From Takakia lepidozioides (Eukaryota; Plantae; Bryophyta): a stretch of 64,000 bases of DNA. The notes beneath the pieces are model-generated. The model was not told where the DNA came from. It worked only from the letters and a program-made list of their open reading frames with translations, and made no database searches. Location: assembly GCA_030704615.1 (NCBI GenBank), contig CM060732.1, forward strand, positions 81,034,001-81,098,000, in the 5' to 3' direction. Of this stretch, positions 36,001-58,780 are shown in pieces. How positions within the stretch are numbered: position 1 is the first letter of the stretch; the number at the start of each line of letters is the position of its first letter. Made by a program: the position numbers and the translations under genes.

Positions 36001-39000
36001 TACCTAGTGGTCCATCGACTTCTGTTGGACGGAGCTCACTGCCATTGGCTTCTAGCCCTCCTGTCTCGGTTCCGTTGATCACACCATCATTGGGCTCTGT
36101 TCCCTCGATTTCAGGATATCCGCCCCGCTGTGGGAGGGCGGGGGTTACCGGACGCTCTGTGACACGGTTGGCAATGGAGGCTATTGCAGGAGAGTCTGTT
36201 CCACTGATCAATGCTGCAACAGCTGTGGCAGCACAGATACAAACAACAAGTATTAATGAGCGTGCTTCTGGGAGGACATTAGAAAGGCCATCCCAGCAAC
36301 CAGTGGTACTGGAAGTTGGCTCACAGAAGCTTTCAGAGGACTGTTGTATATGTAATGGAGGCGAAGATGACTCTGATGATAATCCAGTAAGCTCCTTTTT
36401 CTTTGGTGGGTAGAAGGTTACTTTTGTAATGAGGGGTTTAGCACTGTAAGACGATAAACCCAGTCCAGCATTTTGGAAAACTTGTCATAGAAGCATTTGT
36501 GTTTGGGTGGCAGGTGTACAAGTGCAAGCAATGTTTAATCCATGTGCACCAGTCATGTTTTGGCATTCGTGAGAGGTTCCGTGATGACCATGGTCAGGTG
36601 ATCGCCCCTCCGAATTGGTGTTGCCGAAAGTGTGAGGCTGTTGCTGCTGGCAGTATAGACGCCAACATCAGGTGATCAGTCTCTTTCTCCTCGAGGTGAA
36701 AGGCTGTGCTTCACAAGCTGCTCATTGAATGATTCATAATAGGACGTGGCTCTTGTCTAAGAATATGTTCTTTCATGTCAGTTGACTTGAGAGTCAAACT
36801 TTGAGCTATCTTCCAGGTTTGTGGATTTGGAGTACTCACTGCAGCATCGTTTTGAAGTGTGTGATGCATTACATCATTGATGTATCTACATCCACACTCC
36901 AGAGATGTTCCGGTGGGGGGTGGAGAGAGAGAGACACTCCAAATTTCGGCATTTCTCGGCAGATCAATTTTTTTCGGTTTGTTCTGTGTTGATTCCAGCT
37001 TTCCTCAGGCCTCACAAAAAAAAACCAAGGACAGATATATTCTGACCTCATAAGCTGTAATGCATTGCGGTTGAACTTTATCGGATACATTAGCAGTCAT
37101 AGTTTAGAATGGACCGCCAAAGCTCTTTGACATTCGAGGCATATGTTGCAAGATTGAGGTTTGGTCCTAATCACAGGTGGGACATTGAACAGCAGTTTAC
37201 CAGTGATATATATGAGGATATCAGTGGTACTTTTTGTCTGTGAGCACACTGGTTTTGACTTTCAAACCTGCCAGCATAATGGGATAGGAAGCAAGTGTGA
37301 TTTTGATGCTTACAATTGGGCTGGATGCTTCTTTGGCAGCTGTGCTCTGTGTCGAAAAAAAGGGGGCGCTTTGAAACCCACTGTCGATTCTGAAAAGTGG
37401 GCACACATTGCATGCGCTCTCTACACCAATGAAACATTTTTTGTTGATGGCGATGCCATGGAACCAATTGATGGTATCACTGCTGTTGAGGCCCGTGTCA
37501 AGAGACATCAACACCGCTGTAGGCTGTGTGGTGCAAAGAAGGGTTCATGTGCACGCTGCTCTGTCAAAGGCTGTGGAGCACCATTCCACATATCTTGTGG
37601 GGTCAGCCAAGGGGCATCATTTGAGGCAAGCTTTTTTCACCCTCCCTCTGTCTCTGCAGTGTTTGTTTTTAAGTCTATCCCCTCTTGATCGTCTTTTGTT
37701 TATGTGACCATGTGCACCGTCTACGAGGTTCTCCCTCCCTCGTATTGGTAAGCCTCTTCTCATCTCTAACTGGTACTACGTGTATAATGCAGTCACGGTA
37801 TTCTAAACAGCAAATTGTTGGTGTCCACTCTTTCTGTCCACAACATGCCCACATGCCCACTTTATCAAACACTCAGCATAGAAATGAGAGCTTCATGGTG
37901 ACCAGCAGTACCACCAGTGGGGCAGCTGCATCAGCAACAGCTGTAGGCAACATTTCGACAGCATCGTCAACAGACACTAGGGAAGTTACACGACAGGTAG
38001 CTCTTCAGAAGAAGGATCCTGTCAGGCATGAAAGGATGACTGAAGAGCCACACAGATTGCTAACTGAAGGCAGAGGTCGACCTCCAGATAGTGTTAGAGG
38101 GAGAGGACGTATAATGGATCGAAGACGGGGAAAAGGGAGTTCTGTCTTTGAGGACGTTTGTGAAAGAGGTACTAAGGGCGCCTCCTTTTCCAAAGAAGTG
38201 GGAGATGGGAAGAGGAAGGGGGGTCCCTTTGTACTGAAGAGAAAATGGGGTGAGGCATTTGCACAAGAGAGGCTTATGGGGGATAGCAAGGACAGGCTCC
38301 TCATTAAATATGCTGTTCCAAATGGTACTGGCGGAGTTTCTGCAGATGAGGCTTCAGGCCGCTTTGAAGCTGATGGTGGAGAACAAGCAGAACTGGCTGA
38401 GTTTGGCCTTCCAGTTACAAAAAGACTGAGAGTCAAGCACAGGGGTCAGGCAGCAGATTCTACAGGCTTCTCTCCATCACTGTCTACCCCTCAGACGAAG
38501 GAAGGTGATTGTGTTGGCCAGGTCAAGGGGATCCCAAGGGACCAGACCACCATTGAAGTCGAGGTGACAGCGGCGCACCCAACCACGGAAGGTGAAGACA
38601 ATAATTCTAATCGACAAATGGAAGGACTGTTTGACCCATGGTCCAACAAGATGCAGCAGCTCATCAGCCTTGAAGAAGCAATCCGCGCAGAGTTTGTGCC
38701 TGCACATCTCATGAAAGAGACTTTTGCATATTGGCATGCCAAGCGTGCAAAACTGAATGGGCCACTTCTTCTTGACCTACAGCATGTAAGTTAACAGCTG
38801 TCTCCCTCTCTCTTCAATGGGTATTGTGATGAGTTGTAATCTACACCATGGCAGGGTTAGGTGTGCGAGGAGAGAGAGATTGTACTCATAAGACGTTGTT
38901 TGCCGTAGCCTTGTGGCCATTGACCCCGCGCCCAGTTTGAGCGGGAACAAAAGGGACAGAACCTACCTCTGTCAGGGGCTGACGTTGGTAGTAAGACTTA

Positions 39001-40578
39001 CCTCCATATATAGAATTAATCTGGGTTTTCCAGATATCCTCTAGAAATCCCTTCACACAAGCATCAATCTGCTGTGTGTGATTTGCCCAAAAACTAGGCC
39101 TCAGGAGGGCCTGGGCTTTTGGCTCAGCCTCAAGACTTTCAAAGTTGGTAAACAGGGGTACAGGCACAATACCCTTAATAGATTTGAAGAGAGCGTCTCT
39201 TTGGTGAGAGAACCCCGGACAGTGTATCAGAAAATGAATACTGTCTTCAGATTGCCCACACAACGGGCAATTGCACTCTCCCTTTCCTCTCTGCTTCTGT
39301 TTGCTGTTCAAAGGTAGGCTTCCTGCCCTGAGTTTAAATTTGAGGAGAGAGAGAGATCTCCCTTTATATGGGATGCATCGCAAGGTCCTCTGGTGATGGT
39401 TGGATTTCAAGCACAATCTGATTCTTGTGGTCAGTTGTTGTACAGGTAGAGTTGTCGAAAGCATGTGGTATTTTCAATGAGGATCGTATGGAGGAGGAAA
39501 AGGCCGTAGTTGTGCTGGAGTCACCCCCTCGCTGTGTGTCTTCTAGGCGGCCATGTCTGATGGACTTTGAGGCAGTTCTCACACTCTTTTCCATTCCTGA
39601 AAGAGGAATCTTGATCTTCAGATGTTGCATGGGTCAAAGGGAGATGGAAGGGGGCAGAGTGACTGTCTTTGCATCTAGTAAGGTAACATGCTTTGCACAT
39701 AATTCTAGTTTCAACCGTCAAGATATTGAGGCTGCTTCTGTTCTGTGATCCAGGCGTGGGGAAAGATAACAGAGCTGTGTCAGCAGCTGAAGGAGGTGCG
39801 CTCACTTGCTCAGGTGGTGGTTCACCGTGAGAAACTCAAATACGAAAGGCAGCTTGTGCTCCACGACATAGCCACTCTTGAGCTAAGCTTAGCTAACAAA
39901 AAAATTGGAGGGAAGCATTGTTTTTGGTGTCTGGGCACCAAAAGCCTTCTGAATTGCAGGACGTGCCCTCGAAGCTTTTGCTTTCAATGCTACAAGCATC
40001 GGAAAGGCTTTGGAGTAAAGGGCTGGATCGCAGCCGTCAAAAAAACCTTGTTTAGCTGTAGTGTCTGTGAAGAAAGTGGCAAAGGTGAGACCATCCAGCA
40101 GGGAAAGGTCCAAGATCTAGACTTGTGCAGGCCAGTTCAGTTTGAAACAGTTAAGGAAAGTGCAGAGGATCCCTCTGTAATGGTACCTGTAGCAGCATCA
40201 ACTCCTCAGCTCTTGGTGTACAAGAAGAAGACCAAAAAAGTGGGTAGGGAGAAGGGTACATTTGACCTGGAAGGTGGGCTGATGTCTGTCTCTCTGGACA
40301 GGGAAAAGCATTTCCCATATTCCTTTTCCATATGTTCAAATGCAAAATTTGGAGAGGATGGGTCCTCGCAACAAACGAGCAGTGAGCGTATAGTCAAGCT
40401 CACTGAGCTTCGAGATTCAGCAAGTGGCTCTCCAGAACCTCCTACCGTTAATCCAATGTCTCTGGATGTCCTTGACAAGCTACCAATACCACACACCACC
40501 GCGAGAGGCAGCAGGCATTCCGAAGGTAGGGCTGCGAAGGAGAGGCCTCGACAAGAGCTACTGGATGATATTAGTTAG
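24076..40578 (+). CDS. Very large EPL1 + PZP (PHD-Zn knuckle-PHD) chromatin protein, BRPF/JADE/NTO1-like, ~4,100 aa; approx. exons 24076-25857, 26049-33221, 33488-33781, 34513-34811, ~35730-36386, 36514-36671, 37340-37625, 37793-38785, 39754-40578
   Basis: EPC-type RIRPRPLDTNQPIPVF; EPL1 YDMDDDDEKWL...LSEDQFEQIIEYLE; PHD1 CCICNGGED...CKQCLIHVHQSCFG...WCCRKC; knuckle/PHD2 CALCRKKGGALKPT...WAHIACAL...CRLC...CARCSVKGCGAPFHISC...FCPQH; YWHAKRAKLNGPLL; VVHREKLKYE; extra Cys-rich finger CFWC...CRTCPRSFCFQC...CSVC. The junction between 34811 and ~35730 is unresolved. Confidence 0.8.
24700..25150 (+). repeat. 114-bp (38-aa) coding tandem repeat, ~4 units, carrying VG(R/Q)ITRGM
   Basis: 'gtgggac.aatcac.agaggtatgaa' at 24781, 24895, 25009 and 25123. 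Confidence 0.9.
26781..28787 (+). repeat. 669-bp (223-aa) coding tandem triplication
   Basis: Units start 'gaaaatacttttgcagagagtgga' at 26781, 27450 and 28119. Units 2 and 3 are almost identical. Confidence 0.97.
38879..39341 (-). mobile_element. 5'-truncated LINE copy in the last intron of the PZP gene, flanked by (GA)n
   Basis: Near-identical to 47583-48045. Encodes KFKLRAGSLPLN...CPLC...TANNVL*. AGAGAGAG on both sides. Confidence 0.92.
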
Positions 40579-43500
40579 CATGTGGCATGGATCACATCGT
40601 CTGAGAAAAGGTGATTCCCTATTGCAGCATTGGAATTCATGAGTACTAATTACTTGTAAGTGTACACAAAACAAGGTTGTTTTTCTCTTTTTGTTGATAA
40701 AGAAGAGCCTACCCTCTTGTGTGGAAGCATTAGGCAAGGAATCAACCACATGTGTGTTACTCATAAGCCGCTTACACTCACCAGACTATGCCTTGGGGTG
40801 GCCCATTAGAACTGTTTCTTTTTGTTAGTTAGACCCTTCAGGCAGTTTGTTTCTTTTTTGTTCCACTACTGCCTCATAAGCTGTTTGGGTTTCCTGTGCA
40901 GCAGGTTCTGAAGTTTTTGTTTTTCCCTCTCTTGGTTGAGGTCATTCAACAAGCTACATCATAACCACGGTTCTTGCTTGTTTTCCTGTGGTGCATGTCC
41001 TGTACGTTGTAGCGAGTATGCACAGGTTTCACTGTCTCTATGCTTCTCTTCAAACATATATCCAACTCAAGCCACTGTTGTCCTGACTGGATCCATGGTA
41101 TGGCAATGGCAGGGGCATCTTCTAATCGTTGGCACAGCTGGCTGCGGAGAGAGTCCTCTGATCAGAAAAAAATCCATATATTGAATGATGCCACTGAAAA
41201 AGTTCGGGAGATTTTGGCACATTTCCCTCATACGAGTACAAGTTAGTCCAGGGTAGTGGAACTGTCATGTTCCATGTTTTTACAGTGATAATCTCTGACA
41301 CTTCAATGCAAATCAACTGCAAAGGCAAATAGAAGATAAAGATGGATATATGTGTGGGGGAAAGATCCACAGAGTGAGAAATTCGCTTGTAGCTACAGCT
41401 CAACACTATTGTAATGTGTTGTGGTTCGAAATTATAACACAACACATCAGCTTAACCTCTAGAGTTAAGTTGGCTATTTTGCATGCAGTGTCCACTCAAT
41501 ACTCAGAAGTGCTACCTTGTTCACCCTCCAATATGTCTTTCCAGATATGCCCAAATGCAGTTCCCTCCCTTCTTCCCCGTGTTTAGAAAAATCTTACTGT
41601 GCATGGGGGTGAGTGCTGCATTCGGACTACAAGGTGTCCAACTCTCCCAAGTTTTGGCTGTCAATATCAATTTCACTTTGTAAGTTGCTAGTATGAATAT
41701 TGCTTTGGGCAATGCATGTGGCATGGCCATTCTCAAGCCTGCAATCAGTCAGATTCTCTTTGATATACGAGTTTGCAATCTCATCAATTCACTCTTTACA
41801 TAAATTGTTCATCACATTGCTTGAGGTTTACCAGCTACCTGAATCTGTCATTTGTGTTGTAAGAATATCCATGACTACATGCAACTCTCCTGAGATCAGA
41901 ATCAGGTCGAGTCTTTCTGTGTGTACACCAGGCAGATAATTTTCAGTCTTCTGTCAAAAGAAGCAGTGAGAAGATGCAGTATTCTTGACCCGGTTTGCGA
42001 CAAGTTTGTGAGATTCGCTCTGGGCAGCTTTTCTTGAGCAGCCACAGTACCCTCGCCAGAGTCACGGCCTGCTCTCATATCTGCACTCTGCACCTCTTTA
42101 TCAGCCTCAGATGTGACTCGAATGTGATAGGCCACCCCTCTGTATCTTCCTCTGTATCTTTTGATCTGCATCATGAACAAGCAATGTGGAGCTCACGCAA
42201 TATCATCTTGTCATCCTCAATCATAGGTTGAGGTGCTATAGTTCTCATATCTCTAAACCCAATGCTTGATTTCAGTGAGCCCAAGTCACCAGCCGTCCAA
42301 GAGATGAAGGGTAAGGAACAGATTACGAATACAAATTGTTGATCCAATACATGAAATTCGGCATGAAATTCGGCATAGGTTTCACCGATACTACCAATTT
42401 CTGCTCCTACTGCGAGGCATAGCCTATCAACTTAACAACGCTTCCCCTGTTGCGGGAGCTAATCCCTCACTCACCTACAGCTTCAATACCTCCTTTGGTA
42501 GGTGCCGTACAGGGGTTGATGGAATTTATACAATAGGATGGACTGCACATCGGATGCACCTTCGAGTTCACTGATTAATACGAAAGACTTCAGTATGCTG
42601 CTCAGCTTCTTATATCAGTGGAGCTGCACACTGAAAGTTGCCAAGTGTGCACTCACTTGGCCGCAGTTTGCAGCAGCATGATGCAGGAGTCGCGTTGTGA
42701 AACTCTCATGCAAAACCAATCACCACGCCCAATACGAGCCTCACACTGTTTTGAGTATTTCATTTGGATATGGAAACTGTTGGTGGGGAGAGACGAATAA
42801 CAAGATGATTACAAAGAAAACACTCCCCATCGTCTGACACTGAGAGATGTTGGAGCATTGGGGAGCTCTGGAAGATTTTAGGGCAGCATTGGCATTAGAG
42901 CCTACAAGGATAGGAACTATACTTCCTCTGACGAAGAGTCTCCTCTCTTACACAGTAGTTTGGTGTTTGGGCCTGGTTTGATCCTGGGCCCAATACTTCA
43001 AAAGTGTGTCAAATGGACCTTCTATCGAGGGGGAGACTCAAGGTATAGACGCATAGACTTGCAACATGTGCTCCAAGCTGGGCCTCCACACACAATTTGT
43101 GGAGTCCAGACATCAAGTGGGATGGAAAACCGAAATCGTCCATATACCCTGTGCAATCACCCTCTTTAACATGAAAAGGACCCTTTCGGTTGAAGATGTT
43201 ATGTAGAACTTGGATTCAAAGTGCCACTATATGAAAGAAGACAGCAGTAAGAAGAGCAATAATCCCCCAAGAGCTTCACGAAAAGAAAAATTTAAGGGAG
43301 GGAGCCCTTCGAGATGGTGACACATTGTGGCCCATCCCACCACCTCTCTCCCCACTTTCCCCACCTGTTCTGATGTCTCCAACCAAGAGTGGGGTCTAGC
43401 CCCCCAAACTGGCATGTCCAATCATGGCATCTGTGGCTTTCCCTCTGAATGACGCCTTCTGCAATGGCTTCAGGGGCAGTACTCTTTCAAGACTCTGCCA

Positions 43501-43685
43501 TACCAAATGTCCACAGGGTAATATGTCTACTCTTTGACTTTCTCCTCACTCCTTACTGATGCTCCGAGACCTTTTCCTCTTCAATGCTATGTGAGTCCTT
43601 GATTCCCTAATGATGATAACCCAAACATACATTAAACCGTAAGTTAGAATTTGGAAAGTAAGAATTGGTCTTTCCAGATAAAATG

Positions 43686-52890
<9,205 letters not shown>

Positions 52891-55800
52891 ATCAGTTCCA
52901 TTTTCTCTTGTTTACTTCAACAAAGGTGTTGCCCCTTTGCTTCTAGGGTGTACATTTCCCCATCACCACCAACCTCCAGAACTACTTGGAGGATCCATCT
53001 CCTTACTGTTCATTCTCACTATTGGTTTCGAAAACCCCTGTCTTTTCGTATGTTATCTGAAGATATAATTTTACTATCCAAAACCAAAAAGAAAATAAAC
53101 CCAAGGTACCCTACTCAGGTCCACCATCTACTGCTGAGGGATTGCTACCCTCACCAGTAAGACAGATTCTATAGATGCCCATTTTACAATCTTCAAGCAA
53201 AACACATCCTTGTTTTCAACTGGGTAGTTGGTTAGCTGACCATGTCAGATGCCTGCATGAGGAATGTGGGCCTCCTATTGTGTGATTGACCCTCTCAGGT
53301 CTTTTCTTGCAGTTCCGAACTAATGTGAAATACCTTTCCCATTCATCCACATAAACGCTCCTTAGAAACTGACAATTGTTTCGACCCACATGACACCACC
53401 ACAATCATAAGTGTCCACACAAAACATCCAGACCTTTTCTACTAGTTTCCAAGAACCCGCATAATTTACAGCCACATTCCAGTCAGAGTCAATTGAATTG
53501 TTGATGGTGCTGCTTCAATCCCAACTATAATGGTACTCAGCATAATTGAGACCTACTCATGTAGCACAGCATTTCCAGGAGACGAGATATAAAGGTGCCA
53601 ATGAAATGTATCAATCGTCACTATCCTGAGATCCAATAGATAGGCTAGAGGTGACAGTATTATGACAACGCTCTAGCTGCCCGGGGTTCAAAAAGGTATA
53701 AACCTATGTTACAGACTATCCCTGTACAGGCAGTGCTACATCAAGCCACCACTTACCAGCTGGAGAAGCGATAAGAGGCCTGTCAGTCCATCAAGACCTC
53801 GGGAAGATCCTCTCCAGTAGAACTAGACTCTGTCGCGAGTTCCAATCTACTTTGACAATATTATGAACACATTAAGGGTGCTCCGCATATGTCTGAAGCC
53901 TTGTGGAAAAATGGGTTCCATCACAGTATGGAGCAAACAAAGTGCCAAGCCAGTAATCACATGTATGCCAAAGTGCTGACACCTTTAGTTCTCTGAATTT
54001 GAAAGTACACCTCTCCGCAGATTATCCTACCGTGGGAAAAGCTACGGCCCTTTGAATAACCTTCTTCAAGCCATCCCAGAAACTAGGTTGACAGCAATAA
54101 TCCTTCCTCACCAGCAACTCCCGTGGAAATGTCACCAACCGTGATCATACACTGTTGCCTTCAAAAAAATTCAGTTCGCTTAGCTGCCCTACACCTCCTT
54201 TCTCATGGATTTGAAGGATGCTTCCGACATTGTAACTAAGAAGTCGGACAAAATAAGCTGTCGGAGCTCCTCCCCGGGCACCCCCCGCATCACTAGACTG
54301 TGAATGCTCTCGAACGAAAACAAACGAGTTGCTTTCACACTCAGAGACATACCCAGAAGGATAAGAAGCTGTGAATGACTCCAGACGACGAGCACCCAGC
54401 ATCAAACTGCCGATCTGTGTACTCACAGCATGGGTGAGCTATCCCCTTCTTCTCCACCATTTTCCGAACCCTTTTCCTTTACATTGTACACCTGTGCAGG
54501 TCCGTCAGAGAAGGCCTGACATCGAGCATTCCACGTGGTTGTACCACGACCCCCTCAACCCCTATCGATGAGTAATAAGCCAAGTCTATCTCTTAGTTGG
54601 TCACACAGAAAGCAAATCCCAGCAAAGGAGGCAGCATGTAAGGCCCACCTCACGTGACCTATCCAAACTTAACTCTCTCCAAAATCTCCTGCCTACTGTT
54701 CACATTGGATGAACCAACACTAGAAAAAACATGCAATCATTTCCTCATCTGCATGTGTATGCCTCACAGCCATTCACTATGGATGAAAAGGATGCAGGGA
54801 TAGGTCAGTGATGATGGAACCACTTGGCCACCCCTATCTGCATGTCTCACACCTCACCAATGAAGCTAGCAGACAAGATGACACACTTACATCACCAGTC
54901 CACAGTGTTACGGAGGAAGACATGCAAGTTTTACCAGACTTTGCTACAGCTGGAGGAGAAGAGCTGAGTCTTTCGGCTTTGCTCTAGCTCAGGGGTTGGT
55001 GTCCCTTTCAGCTTCAAAAAAATGCATACAAATTGGAGGGGAGGACTTCACCCACTCCAAATGAGGCTGTGCGTCTTCCATCCCATCCAAGTTCGAATTT
55101 TTGTTGGGTCATGGCCATTATCCTCTTCAGCTGTGAAGATCTGGGACGTGGAGGTAGAAGAGTGGGGATTGAGATTCATACAGCACAGGACACAGGACCT
55201 AAGTCACGTGCCACAGCTCTGCCCACTCATTATTAGCTAGTGGGGTCCCAAAGTTGCTCCAGAGTCCAAGAGATTCGAGCGTCCAGCACACTGGAGAAAG
55301 TTTGATTAGCTGCTTCTTTGTGGTTTTCCTTTTGTGAGCTAAGCTCAATCATAACCACGTTTCCAAATGCAAGCTGCCGGACAAAGAGATTCAAGACCCG
55401 AGGACTCGCACACAATGAGACAAAACCATGAGAGCTTTTTTGTAAGACCACCAAATGAAGCAAGTATGTGACGTATTGAGGGTAGGTGTAGGAGTGGAAA
55501 TGTTCCGTCATCTTCATAAGTTGCGCATACGGTCATTGATAGAATGCTTTGAAACTGTCACTGTGATACATCAACGAGTCTAATCTCTTTGCTAGTGTAC
55601 ATTCACTACGCCTCGCAGGCGGTTTTGGGTCACAAGTCACAACCCCGAACTCGTCCAAGTAAAAGACTAGAAACTATTAGATTGGGGATGTTTGTATGTG
55701 ACAAAATGTCACACAATCTACTAAGCATGCTATGTACAGTTGTCAATTGTGGATCTCGGCTACGAGGCTTCGAGAGTTCCTTATCTGATGATTCTGCACT

Positions 55801-55930
55801 CACTATAAGGTTCCGTGTTATGATCAACAGTTTTGATTTTTGAGGCTGCAAGAGATGACCCATTGTTTTGGAGTAGCAATCGAGTCATGAAGAGAGGCTC
55901 AATATGGGGGAGGGAGAGAGAGAGGGAGAG

Positions 55931-58780
55931 TTACACTTCAGGTGCCTCTTTAATGGTGTTCAGATCCGACTTCTCTTGTGGGGGGCTGGCAATCGACGAA
56001 ACCCGTCTGCCTCTCTCGGATTGAGAGTTGGCTGCAAATTTCAAACTTGCATGGTGCAGGCCCTTCTCTTTTTCGGCGTCATTCCACTCGGAGACGTAGT
56101 AATCTTCCTCAGTAATCTTCCGTGATGCTGGGAAGAGCATGCCCCCCCACTGAGGGAAGTAGACAAGCCACACCGGGAGCGTACAACACAACATCATAAC
56201 ACCCATGAGACTGATTCCTTGCTCTGTAGAGTATTTTGTACTTGTGAAGAAAAGCAATTGGGTCAGGACGGAACCGAGATTACCGCCCGCACCCGTGAAC
56301 CCTGAGATTATGCCAAGAGATCTGCGGGAAATGAAGGGGATGATCCCAAAGGTTGCCCCGCAAGCGGCCTGGACAAATATGGAGAAAATAATCATGATAG
56401 TTATTGAAAGATTTAGTTTTCCAACTCGGCCCAAGATCACACAAAGAGTCCCGGCTACCGTCTGAAGAATCCAGAGTATCCATAGCCGGCCACGCATCCC
56501 GAACTGCCTTCCCATGAAATCCGAAAGTATTCCTCCCAGAGGGCGAGAGAAGAAGTTCATGAACCCAAAAATTGAGGCAATTACGCCGGCCGTGTGGAGA
56601 TTGAGGTTGAACCGATCATAGAAGTACTGAGCAATGATGTTGTCTACTGTGAGCTCAACCCCAAAGCTGTAGCCGTATACAAGAGCAAATATCCATGTTC
56701 TATAGTTAGAGACGGCATACAAGAACACCTGCACAATTACAGGGGAGTATACACGTTAGAAGATTCAAGAAATGAGGAAAACGTATCTGGACTCAGTACA
56801 TAAATGGAGCGTTAATCTGTCACTAGGGGCAGTTTTCTTGCAGGCTCTCCATATCTGTTTACAGTCCCTACAAGACAGAAAGAAAGGAACCTTAGAAGAG
56901 AGACAGAATAGGCTGCAACATGCCCTTTATCGAAGAGTTGGTGAATTGGGAGTGAAATCTAAGGGAATCAACCCACAGAATTCATCTAATTTGAGCGCGA
57001 AAGCCAGAGCGTAGAGAGACAGGGAGGTGCCAGCCATTCCCTTACATGGCCGTTGTCTACTTCTATGCACCAACTAGGGTATGAAACAATTTCGGACAGC
57101 AATGTTTTCTGTCGCATGGCAGGCAGTAGATCATACTACATATAGAATAAGAAATTTGGTAAGCAGAGAGAGAGACAGAGAGACAGAGAGACAATTCGAC
57201 ACCTTTGAAAAGCTATCTGTGACTTTAGCGCCTTGTTTCTTGAGGGTCGAGTAGTTTCCATCCGGCAAATCTTGTCCAAGTGTCAAGACCAGCAGCCCCA
57301 TCACTATGTGCATACAACCGGGAAGGAAAAAGGCCAAGCGCCATGCGGTGAAGTCTGTTGCATGAAACCTGACCCAGAAAAGCATAATGGAAATTAGAGA
57401 CCTGTGTATAGCAGACTCGTGACTGGAGGGGCCTCATGGAAAAACAAGGGAGAGAGAGGGGAAGAAGTTGTTGTCTTCTGGAAATAGACTCCGACCCCAG
57501 TCTGCAAAGCCCAAATGAAGTTAATGCTATTTCTAGATTCTTTCAAGAGAGCACGACAACATCAAGAAGTGTATCCTTGCATTCAGACACGCGAAATGGA
57601 GCGAAAAAGAGATCGGACAGAGGCCTGAGTGCCCTTCTTCCCGACTGGGCGAGAGATGATCCGCACTCTTAAACCCCAGAAGCGAAGTTTGAATTCCGAA
57701 AGTAAATCCGAGTCAGCTCTGAGAGTGGAGTCAACTACTCATTCAAGAGATGGAGGGACAGAGAAGACCCAAAAGTTGTACCTATTTCTGATCAAATCAT
57801 AGACAAGTGGCATGATAAGCTGGGTGGCGCCTCCCCCCAGATTCCCCCACCCTGCTGCAGTTCCATTAGCAACCCCAACAATCTTGCTGTTGAACATTGA
57901 GCTCATCCAGAACTGGCAGGAGACAAATGTTGCCAGAGAAAACCCAATGAAGAATCGGACGAGAATGAAGCCCGTTGCGGTTGATACAGTTGCCATGGAA
58001 AATACGGCGGGCGCTGCCATCATGATGAGAAATGCACATCCATAACGAGGCCCCACGAGATCGCAAAGCGTACCCATGAGGAGACGGGAAAGGATCGAAC
58101 CTGCAATTCACAAACACATCATCGTTGAATACCAGTACATGCAGAAGGACCAGCTGGATTAGAGCTCAGTCCCACGGGTGCAATGTAATTTACATTGCAC
58201 GGCCTACGTGCTGCGACTGTTATCCAATTGGAAGGGGACAGATTCTGCAGATCGATTATGGCAGCAAGGTCAGCTTGGCGATCAATCATCTCTCTCTCTT
58301 AAAAAGTCACTCGGACTAGGGAACGGCATGAGTACAATCTAAGATGACCCCCTCTCTCTACCCTGGGATTCATTGGTCGACAGTCCTGCATACAACTATA
58401 TATTTAACGCTTCTCCATGTACCTGACACCGAGGCGATTCCCGCATTTGCTATATCAGTCTTGGTCAGGTCCAGATTATCGCGGATAACAGGAATCAAAG
58501 GGGGTGCCGCAAAGGTCGATAGGAAACAAGTGAAGAAAGAGATCCAGGAGAGGTGGAAGGTCCTCATGTGAGGCTTGGCAATGGACCAGAGTCTCAATGT
58601 CGTTGCCTTATGTTCAGAATCGACTGGGAGGGAAAATTTTGCAGCATCCGCGTCTGATACGTTCCCCGTTCTCTTCTCAATATTAAGTGCAAAGATTTGT
58701 TCTCTTCCTGTCACTCCATGCATAGACATTCCGGGGTCTCCCGCAACATCTCCCACCCCCGAAGTACTCTGGTCAGCCAT
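55931..58780 (-). CDS. NRT2: High-affinity nitrate transporter NRT2 (MFS/NNP), 546 aa; exons 58780-58423, 58100-57782, 57368-57203, 56728-55931
   Basis: [99 protein letters not shown]. Exons sum to 1641 nt, in frame. Confidence 0.97.

Noticed and set aside
58328-58341. 'catgagtacaatct' matching the LINE 3' terminus in NRT2 intron 1
   Set aside because: Only ~13 bp, so chance cannot be excluded.
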